DNA of 63,028 bases, filler included, from Stramenopiles sp. TOSAG23-2 (taxonomy: Eukaryota): NCBI GenBank assembly GCA_900128395.1. It is 10 parts of 10 records of this genome, joined end to end, with 100 filler letters (N's around TTAATTAATTAA, not from the genome) between each part and the next. Parts side by side here need not be neighbours in the genome. Positions count along the whole stretch, not along the records: positions 54,831 to 61,556 come from LT650415.1; positions 61,657 to 63,028 come from LT653059.1; 8 more parts are not named here. One strand, given 5' to 3'. The position numbers were made by a program, and so were the translations under genes. Positions 59,802-63,028 of the stretch are shown here, piece by piece; positions within the stretch are counted from its first letter, which is position 1; each line of letters begins with the position of its first letter. The notes under the pieces are model-generated. The model had not been told where the DNA came from. It saw nothing but the letters and a program-made list of their open reading frames with translations, and ran no database searches.

Positions 59802-60884
59802 ATGGCCGTTGCATATCACCATATTGACGAATACGAAGATGTCATGCCAACACCAACGAATGATGTTGAAATATTTCGAAATACTAAATTTTCACAACAA
59901 TGGGATAAGAAAATACATGAAACAATAACACAAACGGAAACAGATCATAGTAAAATAATCAATGATAAAGCATTGACAAAGGAGGAAAAGAAACCAATTG
60001 TATTGCAATATCCAGCATTTAATATGCAAGGTAAACACAATAAATCTAGCACGGAAAATCATAAAGAGAATGAGAAAAAAAATGTCAAAACGGAAGAGAA
60101 AGGGAAGAATAGTAATAGTAATAATAATAATGTAACAATGTCAACTAATAATAATAATAAAAAAGAAATTGAAGAGTGGAAACATGCCTCTCAATTTTTA
60201 AATAAACGTATTAATAATACGACGTTGAAAATAAATGAAAAAAGACGTTTTCTTGTTGGTAGTGCAATGGCGGATGAATACATTCGTCTATGCGATTTAG
60301 TCAAAACAAATGGTGGTAGTAATTTATATCGTCTACGTGGGGATAATCGACCATTACCAACTGAACATTTAACATATGGGGAAGCACAATTAGATAGTTT
60401 TGTGAAAGTATTGCAACGTTTAGATTTACATGCTGGTCAACGATTTTTAGATTTAGGTAGTGGTGCAGGGACATTAGTCATCTTAGCAAGTTTATTTGGT
60501 TGTGAAAGTGTTGGTGTTGAAATCGTACAACATTTATATGAAACGTCTATGATTTTATTAGATCGATGGGAAGAAGGTAAAACTCATAATCCTCCATTAC
60601 CTTTACATTATAATGATTCAAGTAATAACTCACGTTGTCAATTTTTATTGCAAGATATGTTTGAAATTCCATGGAAGGATTATGATTTAATATATGCCTG
60701 TAGTACATGTTATGGTGCACCAATGTGCAAACGTATTGCAATCAAAGCATCTGAGGAGATGGAACGTGGTTTGATATTGTCCGTAAGCAAGCCGTTGTAC
60801 AATTTAAAAGTCATCGATACGATTGAATGTTTGTTTTCATGGGGGAAAGATAAAATTTTTGTTCATGTACCCAGTTCAAATTAG
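59802..60884 (+). CDS. DOT1-like class I SAM-dependent methyltransferase
   Basis: LTYGEAQLDSF, FLDLGSGAG, GVEI and DLIYACSTCY match the DOT1 domain motif order. Confidence 0.75.
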   Translation: MAVAYHHIDEYEDVMPTPTNDVEIFRNTKFSQQWDKKIHETITQTETDHSKIINDKALTKEEKKPIVLQYPAFNMQGKHNKSSTENHKENEKKNVKTEEKGKNSNSNNNNVTMSTNNNNKKEIEEWKHASQFLNKRINNTTLKINEKRRFLVGSAMADEYIRLCDLVKTNGGSNLYRLRGDNRPLPTEHLTYGEAQLDSFVKVLQRLDLHAGQRFLDLGSGAGTLVILASLFGCESVGVEIVQHLYETSMILLDRWEEGKTHNPPLPLHYNDSSNNSRCQFLLQDMFEIPWKDYDLIYACSTCYGAPMCKRIAIKASEEMERGLILSVSKPLYNLKVIDTIECLFSWGKDKIFVHVPSSN

Positions 60885-61126
60885 TAAGAAGGATGAAGAA
60901 ACTAATACACATACTGCTGCGAAGGCTTCACATGTTATGTTAAAGAAATAGAATAGAGAGAGAGGAGGTGGATATTGAATCTCATAGAAAATAGAAAAGG
61001 GGGGGAGGGATCAAGGGTCATATGTGTTCGTGGTTGTCTGCACACTGCTGCACGTAACACATATATTTCAATTTCTATATATATATATATATATAAAATA
61101 TATTTTTTTTAAAATAATTTTGTGTT

Positions 61127-61555
61127 TCAATCATTTAAATCACCATTACCTTTTCCTACAAGTCTACCATTTTCATCATAATAATTTGCTTTTCCACCTT
61201 TTGAACGTAAAAGTGCAATGACCTCTTGGCGAATTGGACTACGATTAAAATGATATGCCCAGTCCAGGGGAGTGCACCCCCCGGACTGCTTCTTATTAAT
61301 GCTATTAAGAGTCATATGAGCTAATAACAATTCAATCAACTCAGTATTTGTACTGTTAATACGTGCTGCCCAATGTAATGCATTCGATCCATCACTATCT
61401 GCAATATTAGGATCAGCTTCACCTTGTTCAATTAAATATTTAACTAGTTGGAAATGTTCGTTCTCTGCAGCTATCATTAAAGGTGTACATTCAACACCAC
61501 GACTATCTGTACCGACTTGACTCACCATATCTTTCAATGTCATATCATCTCTGTT
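61127..61555 (-). CDS. Ankyrin-repeat protein, 3' part (5' truncated)
   Basis: TPLMIAA, ADPNIADSDGSNALHWAA and TPLDWA. The frame is open to the contig end. Confidence 0.85.
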   Translation of the reverse strand, partial: NRDDMTLKDMVSQVGTDSRGVECTPLMIAAENEHFQLVKYLIEQGEADPNIADSDGSNALHWAARINSTNTELIELLLAHMTLNSINKKQSGGCTPLDWAYHFNRSPIRQEVIALLRSKGGKANYYDENGRLVGKGNGDLND

Positions 61556-61556
61556 C

Positions 61557-61656
61557 NNNNNNNNNNNNNNNNNNNNNNNNNNNNNNNNNNNNNNNNNNNN
61601 TTAATTAATTAANNNNNNNNNNNNNNNNNNNNNNNNNNNNNNNNNNNNNNNNNNNN
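61557..61656. other. Artificial contig linker
   Basis: N44-TTAATTAATTAA-N44. Confidence 0.99.
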
Positions 61657-61807
61657 GGAGTTCCCAGTTTGGTCGATTTGACAGATGGAACAAAGACCAT
61701 CCTGTTTTGGCATATTTATAATTTAATTTACGCATATATATATTTATAAAAAAATAATCATATACAAAGCGTATTTAATTATTATGCCTTCGTATTATAT
61801 TAATATT

Positions 61808-62045
61808 ATACCTGAGTTCGGATTCTATATCTGATGTACACAAAACGTTTTGAATCTGATTTGAAAAAAATAACGTCAAATGTGTTGAATTTCCCTGTCA
61901 CTGGACTTGATATGGCACCATACATGTGTCAAAAATGTTGTTGCAAATGGAGATCAGCTAAGATTAATTACATGAATGTTATGGTACGTACGATTTAGTT
62001 GCCTTGTCCACACATGTTGGTAGTTTATCACGCGTATTTTACGAG
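61808..62045 (+). pseudogene. Frameshifted remnant of a ubiquitin-specific protease (C19) C-terminal box
   Basis: KRFESDLKKITSNVLNFPVTGLDMAPYM in one frame, then TYDLVALSTHVGSLS in another. The GHY catalytic His motif is lost. Confidence 0.65.
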
Positions 62046-62646
62046 TATAAATTTGTTTTTATTTTCTGTACCCATGACAATTCCTAATCATACTCTCAAT
62101 AAAAATACTAGTGTTTGAGCCAATAGTCTTTATAAAATCGATCTCACAATATGTGTCAATAACTCCCTATAAAAGGAATTACCGAGATGAGGTAAATCAG
62201 ATGTTTATCAACCCCTTCTGTTGATTGAAAAATACGTCGTAAGGCATTATATGAAGGTGAAGAAGGTTGGGTTAAGAATAAATTGTACCAGGGGTACATA
62301 TATACGTATATATATACGAAGTAAATTTATTGTAATCCTCCCCAAATGCACATTTTAAATGCATTAACCATTACTAATAGGCGCACGTCTTGTAATAACT
62401 GCTGTTTGAGCGTCTCTACACATGTGCAGTTTTAACCCAATTCGAAGTACGAATCATAGCAATATTAAAAATGTATTTCTGTTATAAAGAGATATTTTTC
62501 ATTTCTTTTTTTAATTTTTTATGGCCGACCTCCTCTAAATTGGGCCAGCGAATCGGTGACAGAACCAGGACGAGATTTATGTCTCTTCTTTTTCTTTTTT
62601 CTTCCGGATTTTTCACTACTTGGAGGTGGTTTTATTCCCATTCTTT

Positions 62647-63028
62647 TCAGTTGTTCTCGTTCCATTTTTCTTTGTGAACGTCTTGCTCGTCTCGCTTCTT
62701 CTTCTGCTGTTTGCGCTTCAACTCTATTTTTATCTCGTCTAGATTTCCTTCCTGGTTCAACACCTGTCTGTTCACGTCTACTTCGTCTTTCCTCTCTCCT
62801 AGCTCTTCTAGCTGCTTCCTCAGCCTCATTTCCACCACCTTTTTCTCTTCTACTGCGCCTTTCTTCACGCCTAGCTCTTCTAGCATCGTCGTCCTCCCCA
62901 ACTTCTTTTCGACTGCGTCTTTGCTCTCTCCTAGCTCTTCTAGCCGCTTCCCCAGCTTCACTTCCACCACTTTTTTCATTTCGACTGCGTCTTTCTTCAC
63001 GCTTAGCTCTTCTAGTTTCTTCGTCCTC
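62647..63028 (-). CDS. Repetitive Glu/Lys coiled-coil ORF with LEELG repeats (5' runs off the window)
   Basis: Repeats of xLEELG(E/V)xK(D/G)AVE. The DNA is more GC-rich than host genes. Confidence 0.5.
   Translation of the reverse strand, partial: RTKKLEELSVKKDAVEMKKVVEVKLGKRLEELGESKDAVEKKLGRTTMLEELGVKKGAVEEKKVVEMRLRKQLEELGERKDEVDVNRQVLNQEGNLDEIKIELKRKQQKKKRDEQDVHKEKWNENN

Noticed and set aside
1-63028. Alternative genetic code or stop-codon reassignment
   Set aside because: Conserved genes (COPA, MVD, ECHS1, GH30) are uninterrupted in the standard code, and genes end in TAA, TAG and TGA.

Overview
This window is not continuous DNA. It is ten unrelated contigs of about 6.7-6.8 kb, in decreasing length order, joined by 100-nt linkers (44 N + TTAATTAATTAA + 44 N). 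The sequence is AT-rich eukaryotic nuclear DNA with the standard genetic code, poly-Asn-rich proteins and short GT-AG introns carrying CTAAC branch points. It is most plausibly a heterotrophic protist, such as a stramenopile single-cell or metagenome assembly (inference). Recognisable genes are a secreted class-3 lipase, an FHA/TM protein, GH30 glucosylceramidase, an S9D glutamyl endopeptidase-like protein, a sterol desaturase-family enzyme, a PPPDE/DeSI isopeptidase, a MORN protein, GCP6, an F-box-like protein, a SARNP/Tho1-like SAP protein, COPA, GGTase-I beta, a TTD14-like P-loop NTPase, ECHS1, MVD, an MFS transporter, a DOT1-like methyltransferase and two ankyrin paralogs. The five most interesting items are: (1) an MLO-family membrane protein fused to a cyclic-nucleotide-binding-like domain and EF-hands; (2) an intronless DpnI/Dam-replacing-like zinc-finger PD-(D/E)XK nuclease; (3) a >2100-aa TSP1-repeat protein ending in a metal-ligand-less beta/zeta carbonic-anhydrase-like domain; (4) SPIRAL1/Jupiter-like PGG motifs inside GCP6; (5) a GC-rich ORFan island. 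There is also a foldback element and several recurrent intergenic motifs. All family calls come from motif recognition by eye, with no database search.
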